Source: Heptranchias perlo
Taxonomy: Eukaryota
Length of the DNA stretch: 64,000 nt
Assembly: GCF_035084215.1 (NCBI RefSeq)
Contig: NC_090357.1
Location: 12,462,001-12,526,000, forward strand
Direction of reading: 5' to 3'
The notes under the pieces were generated by a model, which did not search any database, was not told the origin of the DNA, and worked only from the letters and a program-made list of their open reading frames with translations. The position numbers and the translations under genes are program-made. Positions 12,881 through 24,756 of the stretch are shown piece after piece (positions within the stretch are counted from its first letter, which is position 1; every line of letters begins with the position of its first letter).

Positions 12881-13199
12881 CCTAGAATATTTAGATGAGG
12901 CCTGAGGGCTAATTTCTTGCAATCCACGGGCCTCTGTCTTCAGACATAGGGATCATTCTCTGTGTCCATTTGGCGCTTTTAAAAATGGCCTAATAGAGTT
13001 TGTATGCTAGTTAATATTGTCAGTAAAGAGGGTCCTGCTGCACTCTAGGGTAATGGTGTAAGAGCAAATTCCCTTTTAGTCCAGCTTCTTTTGGCTTGCC
13101 CACTGCCTCTTTTTATCTTGGATTCTAAGATCAAATTTCAAGTGCTGCAAGACTGAATTGCAAATTAATCTGAATATTCACCCCTAGTGATTATACATT

Positions 13200-13340
13200 G
13201 GGCTTGAAATTCCAGTGTGTGCTACTTTTAGTCAGTAGTCAATTTCCTGTGGCATTGCATATGGGAAGTGAAGACCAAGTGCAGTATTCAGACCAAGTAG
13301 GGTTAAGGGGGAATAATTGCACACGAGACTTTCAACCCCA
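13200..13340. mobile_element. Short MITE-like element
   Basis: Imperfect TIR gggcttgaaattc / gactttcaacccc. Confidence 0.4.
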
Positions 13341-15019
13341 AACTGTAGAGATACAGCACATTCCTGAAAAAGGGTCATTTTTTTCCTGTTCAATATTGTT
13401 TCCATCCATTTGAATGTAAAAAATCTGCAGCTTATTTTCCAAAACTGTCGGCCAGTCTGTCGTGAGCAACATTAAAATCAAAGAGTCTTTGTGGTTCCAC
13501 TCATTCAATTTAATAGTTTGTATCTATTCAAAATTGCAAAATTGTTCCTTAAACAATGAAATAGTAGTAGTTGTCGTGCATTTGTGTGTGTGTGTGTGTG
13601 TAAAACTTCCCTTTTATTCCATAGCATCTGTGGAAATACAGTTTACAGAGAAAATGTGGTCACAAAACAAATTGGGAAAACATTTCTGGAAAATACTGTC
13701 AAAGATGGAAAATTCCAGTGTGCAGATGTCTCTGGTCCTATTGCATACAATTTAGAAGAATCAGAACATCCATCCTGTGTTGCTCTGAGAGTCTTTGACA
13801 GGGCGTGAATGATGACTGGTAGGTGAGTGATGTTTTCCTTTCGTTGCTGGGGGTGGGTTAAATCACAGCTGGCTTTGGCCATGAAGAATTTTATTCTGAA
13901 CTTGCTTCATGACGCAATGAAAGAGCATAATTTGAAACCGGCATTTCTTTGTTTTTGATGCAATCAATCGTGTAGAAACAGTCGAACGGGCAATGCCCGT
14001 GGGTCCAGAGGATCTCAGCTGGATTCCAAGTCCACCTCACCAAGTGTTACATTAAAAAAAAGGGTTTTCATTTATTTATTCTGCAAAAAGCTAATACATC
14101 TTTCAATATTTACATGGCAACACCATATAATCAAATAGAAGTCTCGACATCAAGGTTAATGCAACCGCTAGCTGTCTGCTTTCCTTCTGATTTTCTCCCT
14201 CCTTGGCTCCTCCGATGTCCGGTTCCACGGGCATTGGAAGGCCTCTGGTAATTCATGTAAACTGATTTTGGATAAAGAGGGCCCTTGTTTTCAATGTCTA
14301 AAATGTAAAATTTGGGATGAGTTTTGATCCCTGGTGGGATTTACCTGCACTGTGGGTGACCAATCCTCACCATCATTATGGTACAAAAATGTCGAAACAC
14401 TTGCATTATTCACTTGTTTTCTCTCTCTCTCTCTCTCCTCCCTTCACCCCTCTTTTCACTTTCTCGCACACAAGGCCTCAGTCCAGTTCCCTCACTCTTG
14501 TCCTGTTACGTGCAAAAATGAAATGTCTGAGTCCTCCACACAACCAGAGCACAGAACCATCCACATCAACTTGACTGTAGCGTGACATCACAACACCAGC
14601 TGCTGGTCTCCCACCACTGTTATAGTGCAATTTCATATAGAATGAAAACCATTCTTTATTTGAAATATGCTTGAAATGAACTGTGCACTGCCAAAATCAA
14701 CAGACTCATTTACTTTGCATTACCTGCACTGAGGTTAGTGTTTAAGCCAATGCTTTACTCATTATGCAAGTCATTTGAAATTACTGCAGGCACGTGGACA
14801 ACTGGACAGAGGCAGCTTTCCACAGTCCTTTCAGACGGAGAATCAATGCACGACTTGTTCGTACTTTGGCACCAAATACACACTTATTGAAAATAAATCA
14901 GATCCTTCACTTAAACAGCAGAAACCATAAGTCGATAAATGAGCAAGGGAGCAGGTATTTAATGCATAAAATCCTTCCTTTGGGGAGTTCGGAATTGGAC
15001 TCCTGCTTTTAACAGCAGC

Positions 15020-15190
15020 AACAATGACCTGCATTTACATAGCACGTTTCACACAGAAAAAGGTTCTAAGACGTTTCACAAAGCCGTGGACGAGGGTTTC
15101 GTGACAGAGGTGGAGACAGAGACAAATTTTATGGAGGTGGAAATGGGCAATCTTTGCAATAGACAGGATTTGATGTTGAAAGTTCAGCTG
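15020..15190 (-). mobile_element. L2 remnant
   Basis: Minus-strand gcatttacatagcac tail plus L2-like sequence (IAKIAHFHLHKI). Confidence 0.5.
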
Positions 15191-15375
15191 TTCCTTCATC
15201 GTCACTGGGTCAAAATCCTGGAACTCCCTACCTAATAGCACTGTGGGAGAACCTTCACCACACGGACTGCAGCAGTTCAAGAAGGCGACTCACCACCACC
15301 TTCTCAAGGGCAATTAGGGATGGGCAATAAATGCTGGCCTTGCCAGCGATGCCCACATCCCATGAACAAAAAAAT
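15191..15375 (+). mobile_element. LINE family B 3' end
   Basis: Near-identical to 59497-59680. Confidence 0.85.
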
Positions 15376-15639
15376 AAGCTTGGGTCAAATAGGATGTTGA
15401 GGTTGCAAACAGTCTGGTACATCCTGAGACAGTGGCTGGGGAGGGAGATGTAATCAGTAACATGGGTACAGAGTTTGTTTTAAAGTCATTTCTTACCTTT
15501 GAGTTGATTCTGCGTCTCACTGTGCATGTGTATATGAATACAATCTACGCTGTCATTTCATATCACTATAAATACAGGTAAATAATCACAAGCACATTCA
15601 CTGCTAATGAGAAATTCTATCCTCATTACACCAGTTCAA

Positions 15640-16150
15640 GAAATTACAGCAGATGATCTGCTCCTAGACCTCTGCCAATCCCACCCTGAAATTAGCCCCT
15701 GGGGGACAGATCAGAACAAGAGAAAAAAAAACTTGTATCAATTTGGGTTATCACGTCTTCAAAAAGTGCTTCACCACCTTTTCCATGGTCCACATTGACA
15801 GCACTGTCCTCTCCTGGTTCCATGCCTTTCTTTCCAACCCATCCAGTTCATTTCTTCCCATGGATTTTCCTCCTTTGTCTGCATCGTCACCTCTGGTGTG
15901 CCCTAACGCTCTACTTTTGGACATCTCCTTTTCCTTATCCATATGCTGCCTCTTGGTAACTTCATCAACTAGCATGGGGTTAACTTCCCTGTGCTTGACT
16001 GACATCAAATACTCGATGAACCAGAACTTTGTTTTAGCTCAACATTGGCAAGACCAAAGTCATCTTGTTTAGCTCCCATCAGAAACTTAGTACCTGATCT
16101 GCTGCCGCCATCTCCTGCTCAGGTAGACTGTGTCATTGGACCAGGATGGG
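15640..16150 (+). mobile_element. Degraded L2 RT-domain fragment
   Basis: Remnants LLDL, TVLSWFHAFLSN, VTSGVP and PLG, with stops and frameshifts. Confidence 0.6.
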
Positions 16151-16800
16151 ATGGACTTTAATGCTCTTTTCTGGTCCTATACAGCCCTATGTAAAAATTG
16201 AAGGACTTGAACTGTCATTGATGTGAGAGGTGAGCGCAGAGTTGGGTATTAATCTTGTATCAAAGGAATTTAAAGAGGAAGGAGAGCTTAGAGATTGGCA
16301 ATAGTTTGCAAGACAAACATTGAGCCAAGGAGTGGTAATTGAGTGGTGAGATGTTGGGTCAGGATCAACAGAGCAGGATTGGGCCTCAAAAAGAAAATGA
16401 ATCTGATTGGAAATGAGGGGAGAAACTAAACTACAAAGTGGAATGGATGTGGGCATGGCTGCAGTGGGCTCGTGGGGGTAAGAATGGTAAGATGGTTTAT
16501 GGTGAATAAGAGCTTGGAATTGCCCTTGCCTTCCTGGATGATCCTGGAGTAGCAGTAGGTTTTGGCTGTAGAGAGGGAGACTTGGTACCACTTTAGATAG
16601 TTCAGATCAGGCCACGGCAGGTCGTTGATCAGGGAGTTATGAGTTGTAGAGAGTTCTGTTGAGCGAACTACAGGCAAAGGATGAGAGTAGAAGGTTGGAG
16701 GCAGAAAAGGGATGCAGATGGTGAAAGAGAGATTGAAATGGTCAAAAATAAGTGATCATGAGGTGGAGAGATGTCATGATTGCAAGATAAAGGGGTGGTC
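16150..16800 (-). mobile_element. Degraded L2 ORF2 fragment (region upstream of the RT core)
   Basis: Remnants AKTYCYSRIIQEGKGNSKLLF, CSVDPDPT and LANYCQ. Confidence 0.6.
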
Positions 16801-16859
16801 ATCAGTTAATATTACATCATTTCGTTTTAGGTAAACTGTATGAGATCATCTTTACTGCA

Positions 16860-17110
16860 ACAACATTTTCTTCATTTTGACTCCTTGAATATTTGATGTT
16901 TTTAATGTCTTGTAAACCTGAATGCCTGAATCTCTCTATTCTTCCACATGACCCAGCTTTCTCCCATTCAAGTATACTTTCATTTTTTTTACCAAAATGT
17001 ACCACTTCCATCTGCCATTTTTTTTGCTCATTCCGCCATCTTATCAATCTCCCCTTGTGGCTTCCTTTGATCTTCAGAATTATGTAGTGTACCTTCTTTT
17101 CAGTATTGTC
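16860..17110 (-). mobile_element. Old CR1 fragment
   Basis: KWQMEVVHFGKKN remnant of CR1 WQM..N..KC.VMHFG. Confidence 0.6.
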
Positions 17111-18469
17111 TGTATTGCAGATCTCTCCAAAAGACCAGTCAATGCTGCCCTACATCATTCATAAATGAAGAATGGTTATTTGGGCAGGGTACTGGGAAGT
17201 GGCTGGCACTTCTGTAACTCTGCCCCAGCATTAGTCAGTGACTTTAGGAGAGGAGAGGAAAAAGGGGAGGTAAGAGGCAAAAATCAAACTTGCAAGTGAT
17301 ACCTTTATATACTGCTGACTTCTGCACATTGCATATAGGACTGCTTACTATGACTTTTTGTATTTGTAAAATGTATTCCCACCATTGTAGCAAAGCAAAG
17401 CCATCACTCGAAGAAACTATTTCCAGATAAATGGTCCAAATCACATTTTTAATTATTACTTTGCCAAGGATTTGGATTGTCTGATGTTTAATCGTTATGC
17501 AAGCTCTGACATCATGATTTATCACTGAAACAGCCAGTGACTCATGAGTGGATTAGAAATGTCTCACACATGAAGGAGGAGAAACTAGGGACTTCACCTG
17601 AAACCACAGCTTGGGCTGGATTTACTGTACCACTTGAGTACGATTGAAAACAAATAGAAATGTAATGTTTTGAAGAAAGTTTATTTATAAAATGTTATTT
17701 AAACATATGGAACTGTTTAGTACGGATGATAAAGCCCACAGTGCAGAGCCAGAAGTAGTTATTTAAGGCACCTGGTTCCATGGTTCTAAGGATATCTTTT
17801 GCATGAATGACCTCAATCAAAGTGGCATCCAGTCAAGTAGCACATTTCCCAAACAATGTGCCGGGGAATTTACTTTACTCGATGATTTCTGGATTACTGA
17901 TTCTTCTTTGTCATTTTACTTTCCCCTGTCTTCCTATTCCTGTGTTTTTTGTTCCCAAATTGCTCTTCAACTCATCACTAAGTCGGGTGGGTGGAATAGC
18001 AGCATTGCAGATCTCTGCAAAAGTCAATCAGTCCTGCCCTGTATTCGCTGAATAATGAAGAATGACAATGTGTGCGGTAAAATAGATGTATGCTTGTTTT
18101 ACACTGTTTTGAGGGTTCCTTTATCGGAACGTTTTTGGGCCAGAATTAGAACTGCCAAAACTTTCCCATAGAGGGTGATTGGATTTCAAATGTGAGTTCA
18201 GGCTCGGATTCAAATCCCATCTTGCTCTGTTAGCGTTACTAGGCTGCTCTCTTCTTCCTTTTGAATCCTGTGTAAATCAATATAACTTGCACAGGAAGTG
18301 CAAATAAATAATGGGGCCCTAAACTGTGAATCAGACGACCTTCCCCCTCCCTTGTGACAACAGTTCAAAGTATTAGGATTAAGGGAAGGGCTAGTTCCTT
18401 TTGCTTTTTGCACAACATCGTAAATGTGTTCGTGAAGTATTTCTCTGGCCTGCATTTCTCTTTGAATTA

Positions 18470-18965
18470 CACAGAATTACATAGAATGTACACCACTGAA
18501 ACAGGCCATTTGGCCCAACTGGTCCATGCCGGTGTTTATGCTCCACTCGAGCTTCCTCCCACCCTTCTTTATCAAACCCTATCAGCATAACCTTCTATTC
18601 ATTTATCCCTCATGTGTTTATCTAGCTTCTCCTTAATGCTATTTGCCTCAACTATTCCTTGTGGTAGCGAGTTCCACATTCTAACCATTCTCTGGGTAAA
18701 GAAGTTTCTCCTGAATTTCCCATTGGATTTATTAGTGACTATCTTTTATTTATGGCCTCTAGTTTTGCTCTCCCCCACAAGTGGAAACATCTTCTCTACG
18801 TCTACCCTATCAAACCCTTTCATAATTTTAAAGACCTATATCAGATTATTGCTCAGCCTTCTCTTTTCTAGAGAAAAGAAATCCAGCCCGTTCAGTCTTT
18901 CCTGATCAGTATAACCTCTCAGTTCCGGAATCATCTTTGTAAATCTTTTTTGCATCCTCTCCAGT
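18470..18965 (-). mobile_element. CR1 LINE 3' fragment (older subfamily)
   Basis: Minus-strand CR1 3' sequence; paralogous to 46570-47030. Confidence 0.75.
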
Positions 18966-19972
18966 GCCATTTACAATTACATTTGCAATTTATAATTGCA
19001 TTTACAATTTCACTAAAATTTGCAGGGCAATGGAGAAAGAGCAGGGGAACGGGACCTATTGGACAGCTCTTTCAAAGAGCCGGCACATTCACAATAGGTC
19101 AAATAGCCTCCTTCTTTGCTGTAAATACCAACCAGAGGAAAGATTCAGTCACAATGCTGCTACACGTAGCCAACAGTTTAGTCCCCTCCCCTGTTCCCCT
19201 CCTTCCTCCAATTGAAACAAATTGGTACGTTTAAGAGCTTTCCCTATTGTCTAAGTTGATCAATCATAAGTCATTTGTGGTGCGGTTATATTGAAGGTAG
19301 CAATGTGACACCTGTATCTGATTTAGGGAAGTGTGAGCTGGCAGCATTCAATTGGACAGATGACTTTGCAACCCTCTCTGGACAGCCAAATTGGAACCAT
19401 GTCTCTGCATGTGTGCGTACACACACGTGCAGAGCTCCTCTTACCAGCATTCAAGTGCCAGACAGGTTTTTTATGTTTGCAAAGGGACCCTCTTAAAAAA
19501 ATGTTCCCAGGCTATCTGAAGTCACTTCACATGGATACAAACATTGCAGTATAACTGGGCCATGACTGAACTAAGACTAATGACAAGAGCTCACGGGATT
19601 CACAAAAGCTGTCGGAAAACATGTAAGTCATCAGTTCTGAAAGGCAAAAACAAGAAAAAAAAGAAAATGTAATTTGAAAGGGGAAACTTGCCTGCTTCAA
19701 TAGTTATTGTAACATTACAGAAAGATTGGATCGATAAAAATAATGATTTTAAAGAACTGCTGTAAATTTGAAAAGATACAATGTGGGCATCTTAGTGATT
19801 TTAATTCTGGGATATAACTCTTTAACTGGGATGTGCTGCAGTTTTAATAGCACAGAATATGAAGTAACACTTTCAAATGTAGTTTGTTTCTTTAACTTTA
19901 TTTCATTTCCATCCCACATGAAATTCTAATGAGGCAAAACTTGACTTAAAAATGAGCTGAGGTGACAACAAT

Positions 19973-20750
19973 GGGCCGGATGTGGCTGTGAGTGGCGAAT
20001 GATGGTCGCCAGCCGTTCGTTAGACTTGCCCATAGACCTTCTACGAGCTTTTGCACAGCAAGCTACTTTCGTTGGGACAGCCATTCGGTGCGGAGCCCTC
20101 TATAGGGCATCCGGGAACTGTGTGAACAGGGCAAGCAGCTGTGTGTCTCCATAACCAATCAGATTGAAGAATTGTTAATAACATTGCAGAATCCGAACTA
20201 GGAAGTGTAAGTTAGAATAGTGAATTAAATGTTAAATCAGGTACAGAAAGCAAAATAAAGACAGGGAAAGAAAGACTGAATTAAGGGACAGAGATAAAAG
20301 AAACAGAAAGAAAAATTATTAAAAATTATTTAATTTATTTTTAAATGTCCAGCAATAATTAAAATCTGAAGGAATGAGACTACACACTTGTAAAAGTTAA
20401 TTTTCAGTGCCAGAGAAGATGTTTGGCAATAATTAAGACGCACCACGCTGTTAAAATTGTACTTAGGCTTGAAATGACTTGACTTAACTTTTGTTGGTGA
20501 CTTTAGTCCGCATCTGCAACTTCAGTACAGGAACTTCAGACTGTTCAATACATTTGAACAGGGAGCCAACCGGCGAGATGCCATTTTCACGCAGCTTTTG
20601 GAGGAGCATCGCATCTCGGACAGCAACTTCCGGATTTCCGCGTTTAACTGTGCATGTGCGGTCGCCGGCCATAAATAACGGTGAGTGCTGTTAACCTCAC
20701 CGTTATTTTTACAGTATTTAATTAAAGTGTGAAAACAGCTGAAAATTCTG
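19973..20750. mobile_element. CpG-enriched non-autonomous DNA-transposon-like remnant
   Basis: CpG-rich ends around an AT-rich core, beginning gggccggatg; contains a 13-bp perfect hairpin; termini uncertain. Confidence 0.4.
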
Positions 20751-20879
20751 TTAGTGAAGAAACAGGTTTTAAATTGCCACATTTATTGAGACTGACTCTA
20801 ACCCCACCTACCATTGCCTTTTTGGATGTTAGGTGCTGAACTGGGATCATATGTATTTATTGGGGCTGATTGTCCCAAT

Positions 20880-22035
20880 GAATACAAATGCTGATAAGAC
20901 CAAACTCCAACTCTCTGTCTCTGCTATTAACTGTAAGGCTGTCACAGCATTGTCTGATGATCTCTTTAATATTAAGAGCTGGATGAGTCAAAACATTCTC
21001 CAGCTGACGAAATCAAAGCCACCCCTTTTTGCTCCCGTAACCTCCTTGGCTGCCCTCTCAGGCTGTATCAGGTGGTCTGCAAGCTTGCCATCTGCTTTAA
21101 CCCTGAGCTGACCTTTATACCCCACATCCAATCAGTTGATAAGGCTTCCTTCTTCCATCTGAAGATTGCCCATTTGCAACCTTTTTGTCCTCTGACAAAA
21201 TTCTAATCCATACTTTTAGCACATCGAGAATCAACTTCTCAAATGCCTTCCATACTATCCTCCTCACCTCCGCCCTTCATGAACTTCAATTAATCCAAAT
21301 CTCTGTAGCTAATCTCCACTTCCATTACCCCACCTGTCCTTGCCAAGATTCATTGACTCCCCATTCTCCACTGTATTGATATTGAGGTTCTTTTCCTCAT
21401 TTTCAAATCTCTGTACACCTTGCACCTCTCCACCTAAATAAGCTCCTCCAACTGTATCTCCCAGCATGTACCCTCTGCTTTTCTGACTCTGGCTTACTGC
21501 TTGTTCCTCGTTCCCTTTTCTCTATCAGCGGTGGCTGGTCCTTCAGTTGCTATGCCCCTGATATCTGGAAGTTTCTCCCAAACTACTTTTACTACTTTTC
21601 TCACTTCCTTCAATAGCCTCCTAAAAACCTATGTCTTCAACTATGCTTTCAGTGCCATCCCTTAATTTCCATTGTGTTTAATCATCTTTGTGTTTAAATC
21701 CCTCTGTGGCCTTGTCCCTCTCTATCTCTGTAACTTCCTCCAGCCCTGCAACCCTCTGAGATCTCTGTATTCCACCAATTCTGGCCTCTTGTGCATCCCT
21801 GATTTCCTTTGCCACTATTGGCGGCCGTGCATTCAGCTGTCTAGGCACTAAGCTCTGGAATTCATTCCCTAAACCTCTCCACCCCTCTCTCTTCCTTTAA
21901 GACGCTCCTTGAAACCTACCTCTGTCCTAATGTCTCCTTTGGCTTGGTTTTAATTTTTTTAACTGTTTAGGCTCCTGTGAAGTGCCTTGGGACGTTTTAC
22001 TTCATTAAAGGTGCTATTTGAATGCAAGTTGTTGT
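20880..22035 (+). mobile_element. Two tandem L2 3' fragments (~20880-21670 older, ~21690-22035 younger)
   Basis: ADKTKLQLS, IKSWMSQNILQL, LIHTFSTSRINFSN; ends in aaggtgctatttgaatgcaagttgttgttg. Confidence 0.75.
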
Positions 22036-23501
22036 TGATTAGGGATATAATGCTGCTTGAATCTCGAATGAACAATTTTAAACCACAAAAACCCGCATAG
22101 GCCCACCACTCTCATCGCTCTTGCTGCTGCCATGTGGTTTGATGTTATCAAAACAGAACTATTTGGATAATTAATATCATTGCATATTTTAAACTAGACA
22201 CACAGCTGTTTCAATAAGAGTGAACTGAATCCTGTGTAGGAATTATGGCCAATGCCAGCTTTAAAATCCGTGCTGACGGAGACTGGGAGTCAAGCTCTGT
22301 GTATGAACTCTTCCTCGCCGTGCATAAAAATAATAGATTAGAGAAAATACCAAAGCAGACTTCAAAGGCAGTAATTTAATCTCGTATTAAAGTGACTTCA
22401 AACAACTGATAATCGGCCATCCCGAACAATTGACAGAACAATGTGCCCTAGGTTCGATGTTTACTCTGCAGCATTCAGTCCTCATGGTGTCAATCCCTTT
22501 TGATTTCTACCCCCCCGCCCCGTTGCTTGTTTTGAATTAACTGATCATGTGCCACCTTGACAGAAGTAATGCAAAGAGTGAGTGTCACAGAGCTGTAGAA
22601 AAGCCTGCTTTTCTCAACATTGTAATTATTAACTACCAAAAAAAAAGAAATTAATTCAAAGGTCTCGACTTGTCTGAATGTTGTTTAATTTTCTGACTGT
22701 GCTCGTGTTACTGTCTGCAGTGTTTTTCCTTTGTCCTCCAATTTGAACAATAATTTAGAAGAAATATATTTATCTTGGCATAAATCTTAGATTAATTTTC
22801 ACAATATGGAGTCATTATAAGAAAATATAAATTTTAGCTTTTTGCTTGATGTATCCATATTTCACTTTAATCTGTGTGCAACACATGGAATTCGAGTTAT
22901 TTTCTCTCTGACCTTGTGAGAAAAGGTCTAATTGCATTAATTTGGATAAATATTAAAATAAATTTAGCTGAAAGTTCACGACTAGGACGATTTGATTTGT
23001 TAATTTTGTGTGAAAATTGCTGTGAGAATACTTCCTGCCAAGTTTCTTAATAAGTGAAAGGTAAAGTGCTGTTATTTACCAAATTCTGTTAATGAGGCTA
23101 GAAACCATTATTAGCTGTGCTTTATCAGTTAACTGCATGAAACCTAAGCTAGCAGAGTGCAATGTATCACGGCTGAGACCCAGACCAGACAGTTCCAAAA
23201 TGGCAGTGATAAACTGAGTAACCAATTTCATCTCACACTAGGGGCCCGATATTACCATGACGGCGGGTTCGCGGCGGGGAGTTGATTGGGCGCGTGCGTA
23301 ACGCGCCCGGTGAAATCAGTCTGCCCTGCGTGCAATCGCAGGCTGATTGGATCCACTTACCTGTTGTTCCGGGTTCCCCGCTGCTAAGCTGCGAGATGGG
23401 CGGACTGCGCATGCACAGTAAGGTCTGTCAGCTGGAGGAGCTCTATTTAAAGGGGCAGTCCTCCACTGGCTGATGCTGCAAGAAATAGGAAAAATTACAG
23501 C

Positions 23502-23750
23502 ATGGAGCAGCCCAGGGGGTAGGCTGCTCCCAGGTTTAATGATGCCTCACTCCAGCTCTTATTGGATGGGGTGAGGAGGAGGAGGGGGAGGACAGAGATC
23601 TTCCCCCCGGCGGGCAGGAGGAAGCGGCCTGCCTCTGTCACCAAGAAGGCCTGGCTCGAGGTGGCAGAGGAGGTCACCTGCACCACCAACATATCGCGCA
23701 CCTGCATACAGTGCAGGAGGTGCTGCAATGACCTAAGTAGGTCAGCCAAA
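23502..23750 (+). pseudogene. Harbinger Myb/SANT-like DNA-binding protein exon 1 (NAIF1/MSANTD-like)
   Basis: MEQPRG*AAPRFNDASLQLLLDGV...KKAWLEVAEEV...RTCIQCRRCCNDL followed by a gtgagt donor at 23751; in-frame TAG at 23520; tatttaaa upstream. Confidence 0.8.
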
Positions 23751-24279
23751 GTGAGTACACTTACTCATTCCCTTACACTCCGTCTGCCACATCACCGCCC
23801 CCACCCCACATCTCCTTCTGCACTGCTAACACTACTCTGTCACATCACCCCTCACACCCACTCAAAGCTCATCCTCATCTTACCTGCACTTACTCACCTC
23901 GCCAGCACTCATCCCACCACTACCACTCAACCCAATCCTCATACAATCTCATGGCTCTATCTCATTCTCACCCTCTCATGCATCTCTTTCACAGTCAGCC
24001 TCACTCAACCTGCCACTACCTGTGCTGCAGCCACAGGGCATGCATCACATATGTGCAGTAGGAAGCGTAAGGCAAACGTGTCGTGAGCATGAAGGGGATG
24101 CACATGGGTGCTTGAGGGTTTGTCAGGGTTTTTATTTCTATTTAATTTCTGATCAACTCACATCACATATTATATTGTCACCACTACTGCCACGTCTTTG
24201 CGAATCTTGTCTGGTTTGTGCAATAATGCCCTTTCCTGAGGATCACAATGAAGACCCACAACTGATGCCACCCATTGTG

Positions 24280-24756
24280 TCACTGCAGAGTGGGTGTAGG
24301 TGTATTTGCAGGGCTCTTTTGTGCAGATGACTGAGAGACGTCGGCGATGTCCCCAGTGGCACCCTGGAAGGATGCGGAGGAGAAGTTGTTGAGGGCAGTG
24401 GTGATTTTGACAGCGACAGGTAAGAAGATGGTGCTCAGGCCAGCTGGGAGCAGCTTGGCATGAAGAAGGCTGCAGATGTCCACAACTACATGTCGAGTGA
24501 CTCTGAGCCTCCGTGTGCACTGCTGCTCAGAGAGGTCCAGGAAGCTGAGCCTCGGTCTGTGGACCCTGTGGCGAGGGTAGTGCCCTCTGCGACGCATCTC
24601 TCTCTGCGGTTGCCTTCCCTCCTGCTGTACAGGTGGATGTGTCACAGCACTGTGTTGTGGGGCTCCACGTATCAGAGGTGGACGGCGCGGCCGGCGAGGC
24701 TGATGATGCTGTTCGCCTTGCGAGGAGGTCATGACTGCAGCTACGGCGGCCCCCAT
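24280..24756 (-). pseudogene. Harbinger transposase (HARBI1-like) N-terminal fragment, no DDE domain
   Basis: RPRLSFLDLSEQQCTRRLR...ICSLL...LPVAVKITTALNNFSSASFQGATGDIADVSQSSA matches the HARBI1-family N-terminus; the ORF ends before the catalytic region. Confidence 0.8.

Noticed and set aside
23562-24086. 174-aa ORF as a complete host gene such as NAIF1
   Set aside because: It lies inside TIRs, has an upstream in-frame stop, and the part after the donor at 23751 is CA-rich intron read-through
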